From Balanoglossus misakiensis (Eukaryota; Animalia; Hemichordata), in NCBI GenBank assembly GCA_040954595.2, contig CM082582.2:1364001-1428000 (forward strand): DNA of 64,000 nucleotides, in the 5' to 3' direction. The translations under genes were made by a program, and so were the position numbers. A model generated the notes under the pieces. That model saw only the letters and a list, made by a program, of their open reading frames with translations. It was not told where the DNA came from and did no database searches. Shown in pieces: positions 10,533 to 22,964 of this stretch. Numbering within the stretch: position 1 is the first letter of the stretch; the number at the start of each line of letters is the position of its first letter.

Positions 10533-11959
10533 CTGAAAAGAATAAAAAATGTCACAACACACATCATAAATAGTGAGCTGTCTCAAGCCAATATACATGA
10601 AAATAAACACAGTTTCATGACTTAAGCCCCATTAGCTGTAACTTTTTGCATTTTTCAGTATTTCTATTCTGTGTATCAATTATAGTTTCTTGTTCAGCTA
10701 CGCAGGGCAGAGTTAAATCCATAGTCTTAACTTCTCAACGAAACCTATGAGGGCACAATCGGCATTGTTGTTGTTTGAAAACATTCGTAAATAATAACAA
10801 CAGTCAGTACACATACACATGACTCGTTGACAAGCAGAGAGCTGGGTGTGATGGGTTACTCATGAGGAGAGGAACAAGAAAAAGTGTTTAATTTAAATAA
10901 TAACACATGATAGCGAGGGCAATATCACGATTTGAAGCCTGCATGAGGGATGGTGATCTCTGACCATAATATTGATGATGCCCGAGCCGCAGGCGAGGGT
11001 ATCATCAATATTTTGGTCAGAGATCACCAGCCCGAGGGCAGGCTTCAAATCGTGATGTTGCCCGAGCATAATGTGTTATTAATTTTATTACGCCGAACAT
11101 TTGAACGTACATACACTGCAGCATGTAGCATGTAGACTCGCGTCCATATGTCGTACGTTGCTGAGAATGTAAAATGTCTCGATCTCCCAAGAATTATACG
11201 ATACCTACTTCGAACTTAGATTATTTTGAAAATACTGCGCTGTTGGTTGCGATTTTGGTGTATTTACTGCCCGTTTGCAGTAAAATATCATCCAGTAGAA
11301 CAGGTGTTAAGCCTGTGTGTCGCTTTGAAGCCATATAGATGCGGGAGTTGACTGATCGTGAAGGAAGCCATTGAACGACAGTTTGTTAAAAAGTTCCATA
11401 ATGACCCAGTATCAGATTAGCTTATATTATAAACTTCCAGAAAGAATGGCAAAAGAAGATAGATCTGTGATCCTTACAATTCTTACTGGGTTGAAATTCT
11501 TTGGGAATGATTTTAAGTGATTTAAAGGGACAAAGTTTCTCTCACTCGCTGCCCTTTTTCCATTAACTATGTTTGATACAAGACACTGTTTATGTTATTC
11601 TACATGTGGATATATAGTGAATCAACATTCAACCACGCACAACTTCCATCCCGTTTGTAGGATATGAGAGTAAAAATATTGCCAAAATGAATAAACGGTA
11701 GAGACCAATTATTCATTTTGGCGAGTTTTTTCACTCTTGTGTCTACAAGTGGGATGGAAGTTGTTTGTGGTCAAACGTTGTTTCAATATATATCCACATG
11801 TAGAATAACATAAACGCTGTATTGTATCATCATAATTCCTGGAAAAAGGGTAGCGAGAGAGAGTGTTTGTCCCTTTAAAACATTGTTCTCTTGCATCATG
11901 AATCCTTGATTGCCTCTTCATTCAAACAACGTCTTGATCAATTTGAATGCGTTACCTAC

Positions 11960-12161
11960 CTGCCCAGTTATGTACATGAAAACCTCTCATTGTAACTGCA
12001 TCATCACTCTTAATGTCAACTCTCATCATACTTTTGGAAGATATGATGACATTGGGTAACTCCATCCCAGAAAATAAAGCAAGTCTGAGGGCAGGATTCA
12101 GTTCAGCGCCATCGTATACAGACACTTGATCAGCCCCATCTTCTGTTGCAAAGGAGATAAA
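11960..12161 (-). pseudogene. Exon: CUB2 C-half (tandem copy 2), splice acceptor mutated
   Basis: Matches 8923-9124 at offset 3037. Confidence 0.82.
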
Positions 12162-12921
12162 CGGAAAAGATATAAAAAATAGCATCAAAGACACTTTGCT
12201 CCTATTTGATATGTACATTTAAATGTGACATACCGTACAATCATAGTGATCACAATTTCCTACACAAAACCATTAAGGGGCAAAGTCTCTCTCTCTCTCG
12301 CTGCCCCTTTTCCATTAATTATCGTTTGATTATCGTTTATGTTATTCTAGATGTGGATATATAGTGAATCAACATTCCATCCCGCTTCATTTTGGGCGAG
12401 ATTTTTACTCTCATATCCTAAAAATGGGATGGAAGGTGTGTGTGGTCGAATGTTGATTCACTATATATCCTCATGTAGAATAACATAAACGGTGTCTTGT
12501 ATCAAACATAATTAATGGGAAAAGGGCAGCGAGAGAGAGAGACTTCGTCCCTATAAGGACACCTTTAGCATTGATGAGGTAATATAAGAATACATCTGAT
12601 AAAGAATATTTTCACATCCCAATAAACCAAAATCCAAAACAACTGGAAGAGCCGTTTCTGACATAAGTGGACTTTTGGACCAAAAATGTCTAAAACTACC
12701 CACCCCCCTCCTCCCCAGTATTGATATTTGTCACATGTTTATGTACACCATAATAACAAATATTGTAGGTCCTTGTAAACCAAATTTTAAGAAATCGGAA
12801 AAGTGACTACTGAGAATTGACCAGAAATGACAAAAATAAAATGTATTTTTAAAAATATAATTACTAATTTTTGTCATGCTGTAAAACAACTCACACGATT
12901 AATTGCATCTGAATCCACTAC

Positions 12922-13073
12922 CTGTAAAGTGACAACAAATTCTGTTGTGAATGATGCCAGCTGTCAGTTACAATCTTCATTGTTGAGATAATTCTTGCCT
13001 TCAAAATATTCTGTACTGCTGAGATTCTGTTTATATGACTGTGCTATGAAATTCCCACCACACAAAGAATACA
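12922..13073 (-). pseudogene. Exon: CUB2 N-half (tandem copy 2) with in-frame TGA
   Basis: Matches 9885-10036; stop at 12964-12966. Confidence 0.85.
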
Positions 13074-13367
13074 CTGAAAGAAAGAAGAAGTCATCTTAAC
13101 AGAAACACTTCACAAACAGGACATCAGCAAGATCACAGTCGAGGTAGGGCAAATATTGCCTACATGTGCAATCTATAATGTTATACCAGGTTCACGTAGG
13201 GTAAAATTCGAAACGTTTCAGAGACACTATTTGCCTAAGGTAAACACAGAGCATTAATGCTTTTAGTTGCCTTGTGTCCACACATGCAAAGTTTATGTGT
13301 AGTTCGCGAAAAATTTATCGTTTGCGAAAATTTCCAGTTTTACATTATGTATAAAACTTGGTATTAC

Positions 13368-13569
13368 CTGCTTGCCAAGATGCTTCAAAGCCAGTAGCAG
13401 TATGCGAACTATCTGAGAGAAATTTCACCAACATTGCATTACCACTGCTAATAACTTCATCAGGCTGGTCCGGTCCACTGTATGTGGCAAGAACTTTGGA
13501 TGGGTCAAACACAGACACCTCGACAATGACAACAGTATCATGATAAAGTTCAGTGTCAAAATGTAGAAA
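13368..13569 (-). CDS. Exon: CUB1 C-half (tandem copy 2)
   Basis: Matches 10331-10532; phase 0-1, 202 nt. Confidence 0.88.
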
Positions 13570-13929
13570 CTGAAAAGAATAAAAAATGTCACAACACACA
13601 TCATAAATAGTGAGCTGTCTCAAGCCAATATACATGAAAATAAACACAGTTTCATGACTTAAGCCCCATTAGCTGTAACTTTTTGCATTTTTCAGTATTT
13701 CTATTCTGTGTATCAATTATAGTTTCTTGTTCAGCTACGCAGGGCAGAGTTAAATCCATAGTCTTAACTTCTCAACGAAACCTATGAGGGCACAATCGGC
13801 ATTGTTGTTGTTTGAAAACATTCGTAAATAATAACAACAGTCAGTACACATACACATGACTCGTTGACAAGCAGAGAGCTGGGTGTGATGGGTTACTCAT
13901 GAGGAGAGGAACAAGAAAAAGTGTTTAAT

Positions 13930-14590
13930 TTAAATAATAACACATGATAGCGAGGGCAATATCACGATTTGAAGCCTGCATGAGGGATGGTGATCTCTGA
14001 CCATAATATTGATGATGCCCGAGCCGCAGGCGAGGGTATCATCAATATTTTGGTCAGAGATCACCAGCCCGAGGGCAGGCTTCAAATCGTGATGTTGCCC
14101 GAGCATAATGTGTTATTAATTTTATTACGCCGAACATTTGAACGTACATACACTGCAGCATGTAGCATGTAGACTCGCGTCCATATGTCGTACGTTGCTG
14201 AGAATGTAAAATGTCTCGATCTCCCAAGAATTATACGATACCTACTTCGAACTTAGATTATTTTGAAAATACTGCGCTGTTGGTTGCGATTTTGGTGTAT
14301 TTACTGCCCGTTTGCAGTAAAATATCATCCAGTAGAACAGGTGTTAAGCCTGTGTGTCGCTTTGAAGCCATATAGATGCGGGAGTTGACTGATCGTGAAG
14401 GAAGCCATTGAACGACAGTTTGGAACGCGCAGAAGTCGTGCCCAGAACACCAAAACAACCAAGTGGGCAATATCAGCGCACGCGACAGGGCTTTATCAAC
14501 TCTAGCCATGTTATATCACTTTTTTTTCTATATCACGTGAGCGCGTCTCAGCCAATCACGAAAACGGTATAATACGTGAGGTGTAATAAA
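13930..14590. mobile_element. Non-autonomous element with a ~190-bp fold-back hairpin (possibly Crypton-type); truncated copy at 10893-11385, full copy at 45883-46543
   Basis: Long inverted repeat 13933-14119 with loop gagccgcaggcgag; distal end agccaatcac...gtgtaataaa. Confidence 0.6.
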
Positions 14591-14882
14591 CACAAAACAA
14601 AATTACTGATAAACTAGCCTGAAGTTATAGATAATGGCCCTTTAATTCAAAAGTTTACCAAAAATCATGTTTGTTATAAGGAAGAAAAAAATCAAATTAT
14701 TTTTTTTTTAGTTGAAATGAATTTAAATCTAATACATGTGTCTGTTTTTTTTTTAAAGTGTTTGTATGTCGAATGGACGGGAAAAGGTGTTTTGTATAGG
14801 CAGGTTTCCAGATTAGACAGAGTTAGTGGTTTATGCAAGTTTTACTGTAAAAAATAACTGGTTTTGGAATTTGACAGTTTAC

Positions 14883-15018
14883 AAGTGAGCACTTATTCTG
14901 GATGTTGCAGGTCCCTGGATTGTCCAAATACATTCTTGTAGAATGTAATAATTATCATCTGGGTATCCAGTGCTGTGAAAGGTCCCCGATTCACCAGTTT
15001 CCAAACCACCACATGTTC
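14883..15018 (-). pseudogene. Exon: CUB1 N-half, no phase-compatible donor
   Basis: cag|TCGGLETGESGTFHSTGYPDDNYYILQECIWTIQGPATSRISAHL*. The GT at the expected end is phase 2, whereas the next exon starts in phase 0. Confidence 0.8.
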
Positions 15019-15329
15019 CTGAATATCATTAAAATACAAAGAAAGAGTATGTTTGTGTGATGAATGGTCATAAAGATTCAGCTCATCAAGTTGACGAAAT
15101 TTCATTGATGATAAAATTACTTCACCAACAGTGAGTATCCAATGTACATGTATAAAACAATGTTTGTATTAGTATAAATCAAATGTAAAAATTTTGAAAC
15201 GACATTTATCACACCCGAAAATTCCAAGAACCGCATATTATGATTCTCTAAGCTCAAACTATCAGTGTGACAGATGCCAGATTCTTAAAATACTTGGCCC
15301 AGTTTTGTTTCTGATTTATATTTATGACA

Positions 15330-15524
15330 TACTGTAAAACAGGACATTTTTCATGATATCAAAAGTGGCAACTGTTATGCGATGATTGATTTTCGCATTC
15401 TCATATTTCACGGCATTGCTATCTTCGAAAAACATTTTGACACAACTTGTTTATTTTCGCGTTTTTTTGGCTCTCGCATAGTTCGCAAAAATGTATCGCT
15501 CGCGAAAATTTCCTGTTTACAGTA
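15330..15524. mobile_element. MITE of the tactgtaaaa family
   Basis: tactgtaaaacagga...ttcctgtttacagta. Confidence 0.78.
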
Positions 15525-15767
15525 CAAAATTCTTTGAGGATCAGACTTTCTGCTGACAGTTCAAAAGTAGTCTTTAGTTGCAAAGGAGATGATCATACAA
15601 ATAACCATACAATTAATGAGTGGAATTATCTAGCGACAACTGGCCTCAATTTTGAATTTCAAATATAACACCATTCTGCACCCAAGGAGACATCACATGA
15701 TCTGATCCCCCTTGTTTAACTTTTAGTGGTGAGCTCTTCCAAGTATATCTTGTATTGCTTAGGGGAC

Positions 15768-16068
15768 TCTAACTCTCTCTCCTTCCCTCCCTTCCACCCC
15801 CTCCCCCTCCCTCTCTAGCTCTCTCCCTCCCCTCTCCCGCCCCTCTCCCTCCCCTCTCCCGCCCCTCTCCCTCCCTCCCACCCCTCTCTAGCTCTCTCTC
15901 CCTCCCTACCCCCTCTACCCCTCCCTCTCCCTCTAGTTCTCTCTCCCCCTCTCCCTCACTACCACCCTCCCTCCCCTCCCTCCCTGTCACTCTCCAGCTC
16001 TCTCTCCCTCCCCTCTCACTCTCCCCTTCCAGCCTCTCCCTCCCGCTCTTTTGCACACACTCTCTCTT
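15768..16068. repeat. ~300-bp polypyrimidine/polypurine low-complexity tract (copy at 47721-48021)
   Basis: Almost only C and T on the plus strand. Confidence 0.95.
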
Positions 16069-16162
16069 AGTATATATATTGGGAGGTGACTACAGCAGTG
16101 CGAGAAAAGTAAAGACCTGATGCGAGTAAGGGAAGATTCTAGCTGATTTGAATCAGACTTAC

Positions 16163-16378
16163 CTTCAGCACAAGCTGCTACTTCACACATTGACAGACTG
16201 ACATCATCACATCTTGCATGATACAATGGGTAATTATTTTCAAAGAGGTTTAACCTCACACATTGCCCAGTGGAGGCATCAGGTTCTGTGTCTGCCCATC
16301 GACCATCAAAGACACTACCTTTCCTGCCATCTGAATAATCATATTCCACACTGCCATCTCGATTGGGTCCACTAAATC
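16163..16378 (-). CDS. Exon: C-type lectin domain, C-terminal part (EPD motif)
   Basis: tag|..|gtaagt, 216 nt; FSGPNRDG...YSDG...GRWADTEPDASTGQCV...RCDDVSLSMCEVAACAE. Confidence 0.9.
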
Positions 16379-16414
16379 CTATAAAATGGAAATAAAGAAA
16401 GAAGATGCATACAG

Positions 16415-16612
16415 CAGTGTTCCATCCAGGATGGGGGGGGGGGGGGGATATGTCCCCCTTTGCTTGAATAGTTGCACTCTTGCAAGGAGGGGAATGAGTG
16501 ACATCGCTGAGTCTGTAAGGGGCACCATTTCCCCCTTGACAAATTTCTAGGGGGGTGCCAACATGCTGACAGTGGGCGAATTCCCTCATCCCTCCATCTG
16601 GATGAAAAACTG
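16415..16612. mobile_element. Small CAG..CTG MITE with a catacag target duplication (hAT-like)
   Basis: catacag|cagtgttccatccaggatgg...ccatctggatgaaaaactg|catacag. Confidence 0.72.
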
Positions 16613-16825
16613 CATACAGAGTCACTTAATAGCAAGATTTTGTGAGGTTATTGAGATGTAAAAAATAGGCTTTTCAATTACCATCTTGAGACAATTATCA
16701 TTCAAGTGTTACTATGCAGTGCTTACTTGTAAACTGTCAAATTCCAAAACCAGTTATTTTTTACACTTGATACACCCACAAATTATTTGGGAACACTGAC
16801 AAACACTGTTAAAAGACACACTCAC

Positions 16826-16944
16826 CAATCCAACCATGGTTCGCTGTTTCATTGGAAGTCTCTTCAATCTGGTTTACAATCTCTGCTCCAGCATAACGAT
16901 TTTCAGAATAACCCTCAATTACTGTCAAGTGCCCACCATAAAAT
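16826..16944 (-). CDS. Exon: C-type lectin domain, middle part
   Basis: cag|..|gtgagt, phase 2-1; FYGGHLTVIEGYSENRYAGAEIVNQIEETSNETANHGWIG. Confidence 0.9.
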
Positions 16945-17680
16945 CTGAAAATAAACCAATTTATAACACATCAAACATGTTCCAAACTAATTTCGAAATT
17001 CCAGTCCGTGAATAATACATTTCTTCTTTGAAAACATTTAATATTGGTGAATAAGAGGTTCATAAATGTATAACATTAGATTTTTGTTTGTAAAGTCTAT
17101 ATTTTGTGTTACACCTTTCCAATAAGTGTGTGATTAGTGTAGATTTCGGCAGAATTTCTGGGAAAAAAGAATCTGTGAAAAATTCACCTGAATTTTGGGG
17201 AGAAAAAAAATTGCTGAACGTTTCCTTTGAATAAAAAAGTTCAGCTTATTTCTTTTAGAGAAAACATGACAATTTCCAGGAAATGGCTGTTGTTGTTTTT
17301 TTTTTGGTGTGAATAAACTTAAAAGACAAATTCTGATACAGTTGCATCAAGGTGATGGAAGAAATTCCCAGATTAACAGGATATTTGGAGAATTTATCCA
17401 GAATTTCAAAATTAGTTCGAAATGTGACATTGTGTTATCAATGATCTGTGTTGAGCAGTCGAACGATGAACGGGTAGTTGACAATTCCCACGAGCACACC
17501 CGTATCTTTCCTCGGTAGTTGCGCCGGGCCGGTCGGCAATGTAACAGAAAAAGTGGTACGATATGCCAGCTGAGCCGTCGCTAGTCTACAATTCCGAGTC
17601 TACAAGGCCGTCTCTAACTAAAAATTATAATAACTATCGAGGTACGTGACAATTATATCAGCGAATGTGGGGCTGGGGGT

Positions 17681-17995
17681 TGCTGCAGTTTGCAGCCCCT
17701 CCATCTCCCCTGGACGATATTTGTTTTTGCGGGGCTGCAGGTCCCAGCTATTCTAAACCGCACAACGAGCGACCGGGATTTGGGCCCGGAGCGAATTTCT
17801 ACACTCCAGACGTCTCCAGTCCACAATTTTCCACAATTTTTTCGCCAAATCGGTCCCGGAACCCATACAGCGCTTACCTGGCAAAGGATGTCGCGGTATT
17901 TGTCGATTTTGCCTACGTTTTCCCCAGTTATTCAACTTCAATCGGCAAAACCAAAACTCGTTCAGGGGAGATGGAGGGGCTGCAAACTGCAGCAA
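17681..17995. repeat. GC-rich inverted repeat / MITE remnant
   Basis: ttgctgcagtttgcagcccctccatctcccctg is inverted at caggggagatggaggggctgcaaactgcagcaa. Confidence 0.75.
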
Positions 17996-20900
17996 GGGCT
18001 GGGGGCTGCAGGCAGAATATATGACCAAAGGATACGCGTGAAAAAAAGACAATTACCTACTTTGCTACCGTGGGTCTTTGACTAATTAAAACATGATAAC
18101 GTGCATCAAAGCCAGCCGATGCTTCAGGGGCATAGTATTCCTGAGTTTATACGCGAAGAAACCAAGAAATATTCATGAGTATGTAGACGGAACTTGTCTT
18201 TTAGCTCAAATTTGACCTGGCTTGAGGTCACTGTGACAGCGCAGCCAGCGGTAGAATTGGGGTAGGCATGAAGAACATATCTACTACAAAAACTGGTGAG
18301 GGCGGGGGGGGGGGAGATGGGGGGGGGGGGGGTGGGGGCTTTTCAGTTTAGTCACGGTCCTTGGTTTTGGCCTTCGGCTTCACTAGAAAAGCCAAAAAAC
18401 CACAATGCCGAAGGCCAACTCGTCGAAGCACCTGGTACGTCTATGGCAGAAGTCAGTATTTACATGTTCTGACTCGGTACACGCCATGCACTTGCCAAGA
18501 GATTCCACGAGGAATACCATGATGATGAACGGCTCGGGCGTCTTCGTGTGCACGAAGACACGATACTAGACTTCATTGACCCTGTCTCATTCTTTTCTTT
18601 TCATGCGCATAAGGACATGAAAAGTCGACCTAACCTTTTGTTTTATCACTTACTGTGGTTTTATAGGGATGCTGTGAGTGAAAAAGTGGCACATTCGGGT
18701 TGTTGCCTTATACTTAATTTCTCCATTTCTATTGGAGCAGGCTACACCGGGCCCAGGGTCGAACTTAAACCAATTTGCAGCCGTGATGGTCGAACAATGT
18801 CCGACAAACTTTAGGCACGTCAAGCTTATGCCTTCCTGGGTCGCCCGACAAGAATGAACTTCTATTTTAACGATAGGGCCTATTCTAATCGATACCCGCC
18901 GTATCAGTCACGCAATAATGAACACGAAATCCAGATCCCCCAAAATGATGTTTCACTAGACTCGGGGAGAGTGCTGTTTAGTACCAACAGGCAATTAAAG
19001 GTATACGGTCACCTATGGAAAATTAGCTATAGTTACCATGGCAAATTGAGATGTAGCCAATCACAGATTTTTAGTGGGTGGCACACGCGAAAAAAGAGCG
19101 CCGCCATATGTTCTCATCTCAGCCATATATGGTCCTATGTAACCACCTCATGTCATTTACAGAATTGGAACACCCTAAAGAATGTCATGCAGACAATGTC
19201 ACGTGTTGTTCCATGACCAACCAAACAACAAACTCATGTCCAAATCAATTAAATTCCAAAGAATGCTCCAAATATGCAGAATTGCCACGCAAGTCGAGCA
19301 TACTTAAGCACTCTGCACAACTGAAACATAAAATCCAAGCTTTTAACAATACAACAATAAACAATCCATTCTGATCGAATTAATGACCAAATAAAACGAA
19401 AAACACAACTCGACCCACAAAAAGTATACGAAGCGCTTTTAATCGCTCATTAATGTTTGATCTCGAGGAGACGTGTTAAAAAATCCGCTATGAAAAGCAG
19501 GGGAGAACAATAGCCTATTTTTACCAGGTAAACAAACACCAGGTAAAAATCCACCCATGCTTCCAGACCGCTCTAGGATAGTGATCCACCCAATGAAACT
19601 GTATCTCTTTAACTTTAATTTGCAAACTCGTGGAATTGATCATTTTATAAATCGCTCCATTTTGACGTTTTCTCTGTGGTTTGTTAATACGAATTTTGTC
19701 TGTGCCAAATCTGTCCTCTAATACTGTCACTTGTATTAGAGTTCAAATAACACAGAAGTATAATACAACGTTTTGAAAAAGACAGACATTTTTCGTGGGA
19801 ACGGTGATATACTTAGGCCACACTCGAGCTAAAAACAAAAGTCTATATTTTATCAAAAATGCCTTGGACGCACAAACATCTACAGGATGTGGAAGGGGCG
19901 GGTCAAAACCGCGATCTACAACTGTGCCTCCCCCCCCCCCCCCGGCTGTCTTGCTTCTATTTGGAGTGTCAATGTGTGATTTAGCGTTGTTTGCGGCAGA
20001 TACTAAGCTTTGTTCTTGTTTCACTCCATTTGCTGCATTGTGCTGTGCTCTGGTATTTCTCCAGGGTCTACGGTTACACTATAGGCTGATTAGTCGTATC
20101 TTTACTACACAGACAAAAAACTTCGAAGCTTTATGTCTGTGCCTTTTATGAACAAGCATCGTCCGATTCGAATTCGACTCGTCATCGGTAGCTATGTTTA
20201 TTTCGCCCTTGGAGACCTCCCCTGGCCTCGTTAGGATGACTGTTACCAGGACTACCTTAAACCAATCTTTTCGAACCGGACGGTACACACGACATGTCTA
20301 TGTTAATTGTCCAGGTACCAGAGTGTACGTGTGGGCTCCCTAAACCCCTCATTGGCGGCCGGTCCCTGTCCGAATAAACACGTTTGACAGACAAAAAATG
20401 ATGAACAAGTGGCTTACTTCAATACTTCGTTAACTAGACGGCTGAACTCTGAATGTTGATTCAGCAAAAAAAATGTGTTTACGGCAAGGTTTTGATCAAT
20501 ACGACACATTTACCATTGAAAACGCCCAAAGTAAGTGGGGGCGTTTGACCATCAATCAAACCCACGGCCAGGTGCATGTGAACGGCCGAAGCAGTGTAAC
20601 GTTTCACATTCCGTGCAACGTCCGACACTGTGTGAAAGCGGTTGCTGTCGGGTGGCTTGACCTAATTTTCGTACATTGATATGCATTTGACACCTCACTA
20701 CCTGTTTTCTTAATATTGCTAAAACTTTGCGTTGAAATATCACTGAAATGTTGATGATCCACGCACAAGTCGTCTACCCCGGCATGAAAAGCTTTTATAC
20801 AAGAAAACTAATTGCACATGACCACCAAGGTCATACCGCAAGGTGTGTCTAAATGTCAAGGAAGGACATTGGGAGGGGGGACTTGGGTCGAGAACGACCA

Positions 20901-21689
20901 TGACGGAGGAAAAACCGACAAGTCATTGTGTAACCTGTTTACTTGCCAATAGTCAAACGTCAAAATTTACTCTCAACTTGGTTGCAGATCGAGTCTCCCG
21001 AATTTCCAACTTTTATGATTGGGTAAATACCGATATGCGACTGGTATGCGACGCGTTGACGACGCGAAGATTTTGTTGAAATCAAATGGTTTGTCAAATG
21101 TCATCTCACAGTGGAGATACCGTGGTCATCTGACATGAAAGGGTTCGATTGGGTCTGACCGCCGTCGTTCATCCATGCTTAGAAAGCGGCGATCATGGTA
21201 CAATGTAAAACCAAGGTCAAACCTTACTGAACACATGTATTGCATGGAGAAACTTTTCTCCCTGTCTGTGTACTGAACACGTACCGTGATTGCCATAGTT
21301 ACAAACGTTACCACGTGAGAGAGAGTGCATTTTACATCTGTCTTTTCAATTTTGTTGCTTTCTTACTATTCGGAATGATGGAGTCGAAACGAAAACTTTT
21401 TGCTTCAGGTGGACCTAGGGGAAATACCTTATTTGTGACTTTTTTCATGACCCTAAAAAGACGTCGGAATTAATGTGGCTGAGGTCACTCAGGACGACGG
21501 AATGGTTGAGCGATTTTATTTTATGAGCTCCCACTAGTATTTGTTTTATTGTTTCGGCAGTGTGTCGCGTTATTCGAGCAATCTGCAGTCTGAAAACGAA
21601 CGGTTTTCAAAGTTTATAACAGAAGAACAGGGGTTTAAGCATGAAAGGTCCTGTTGTCTCCCTCGCTGTGTTTGTGTCACTGTGTCTTT

Positions 21690-21890
21690 GACGTCTGACT
21701 GACTGATTAACTGGCTGACTGACTTACTGACTGTCTGTCAACGTCGGTCTGTCTGACTGTCTGCCCCCTCTCTCTGAGAGAGAGAGTGAGCGAGCGAGCG
21801 AGCGACCGATGAGTGTCTCTACTGATGAATGTTGCTCTGTCTGTCTGCTTGTGTCTGTCTGCCACTCTGCCTGTTTCACTCTGTCTCTCC
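21690..21890. repeat. Compound microsatellite (ctga)n/(ga)n/(gcga)n/(ctgt)n
   Basis: Directly visible. Confidence 0.85.
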
Positions 21891-22520
21891 TAATTTCTTT
21901 AAATTTAGGGATATGCTATTAATGCGATATGAAAGTCAGACACGACGGAAACCTTTTATTCTCAAAACTGTCTGTTGTTTGCTGTTAAATATTGCAAAAG
22001 GTTAAGGGCCCTTTTCGCACGAGACACATGGCTTTGCAGCCGTAGCTCCCAATGTCATAACGATTACCCGAACTACCCTAATTTTAGCCCGCCGACCCAA
22101 AACAGTTTAGATCTTCGTAAACCGGAAGTAAAAATAACGATGTCAAATATACAACAATTCATGAAAATTGCGAGAATCACGCAAGAACTATGATGTCATT
22201 CTTCTACACTACGACGGCCAAAGATATAAAAAAAATGAAAAATAAAAAAATGTCCCTTTCTACCTACCCTATTTTTGAAAACCATGTAATCGGAATAGCA
22301 CATATTAGTTTTTTTGGCCTGAGACATATCCAATTTCCCAACTGAACATGACACGTGATCAAGCATTTTCGACTTATCAGATGCAATCGCTGAACACCTC
22401 ACACTAAGCGAGGTTTTGTCTGTCTTTATACGCGCCCTTTGTATTTGTGCGTGACATGTCCAAGCCTTGTTAGGATCTCCCATAAAATTCTACTCAAATG
22501 ATGTATACTTTCATACTTAC

Positions 22521-22602
22521 GACTGACAGGTATTTTCAGCGTTGCCAGCTGATTGTTTGTCAGGTACCGCTTTATAACAAGACGCCCCTCTGAGTTGATA
22601 AC
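22521..22602 (-). CDS. Exon: C-type lectin domain, N-terminal part
   Basis: cag|..|gtaagt, phase 1-2; GYQLRGASCYKAVPDKQSAGNAENTCQS joins in frame to FYGGHL. Confidence 0.88.
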
Positions 22603-22664
22603 CTGCAATGTAACATCATTCAATTGGTCTAGTCATGTTAGCATTAGTAAAATGCTTCAAAAGT

Positions 22665-22964
22665 GTTAAAGGGACATGATACAAGACACCGTTTATGTTA
22701 GTGAATGAACGTTCAACCACACACAACTTCCATCCCGCTTGTATGATACGAGAGTAAAAACCCGCCCGAAATGAATAAATGGTAGAGACCGTTTATTCAT
22801 TTTGGCGACTTTTTAAAACTCTCGTGTCTATACAAGCGGAGTGGAAGGTGTGTATGGTTGAACGTTGATTCACTATATCCACATGTAGAATAATATAAAC
22901 GCAGTCTTGTATCAAACATAATTAATGGAAAAAGGGCAGCGAGAGAGAGACTTTGTCCCTTTAA
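22665..22964. mobile_element. MITE of the AGGGACAAA family (internally deleted)
   Basis: ttaaagggaca...ctttgtccctttaa. Confidence 0.8.

Larger units (their letters stand above)
8347..14422. repeat. Direct tandem duplication, unit 3037 bp, containing three CUB exons
   Basis: Constant ORF offset of 3037. The junction at 11384-11385 (acagtt-tg-ttaaaaag) has 2-bp TG microhomology. Confidence 0.97.

Noticed and set aside
15769-16056. G/E/R-rich 95-aa ORF
   Set aside because: Translation of a low-complexity purine tract
17665-18085. Overlapping 99-131 aa ORFs
   Set aside because: They lie in a GC-rich inverted repeat and show no recognisable domain
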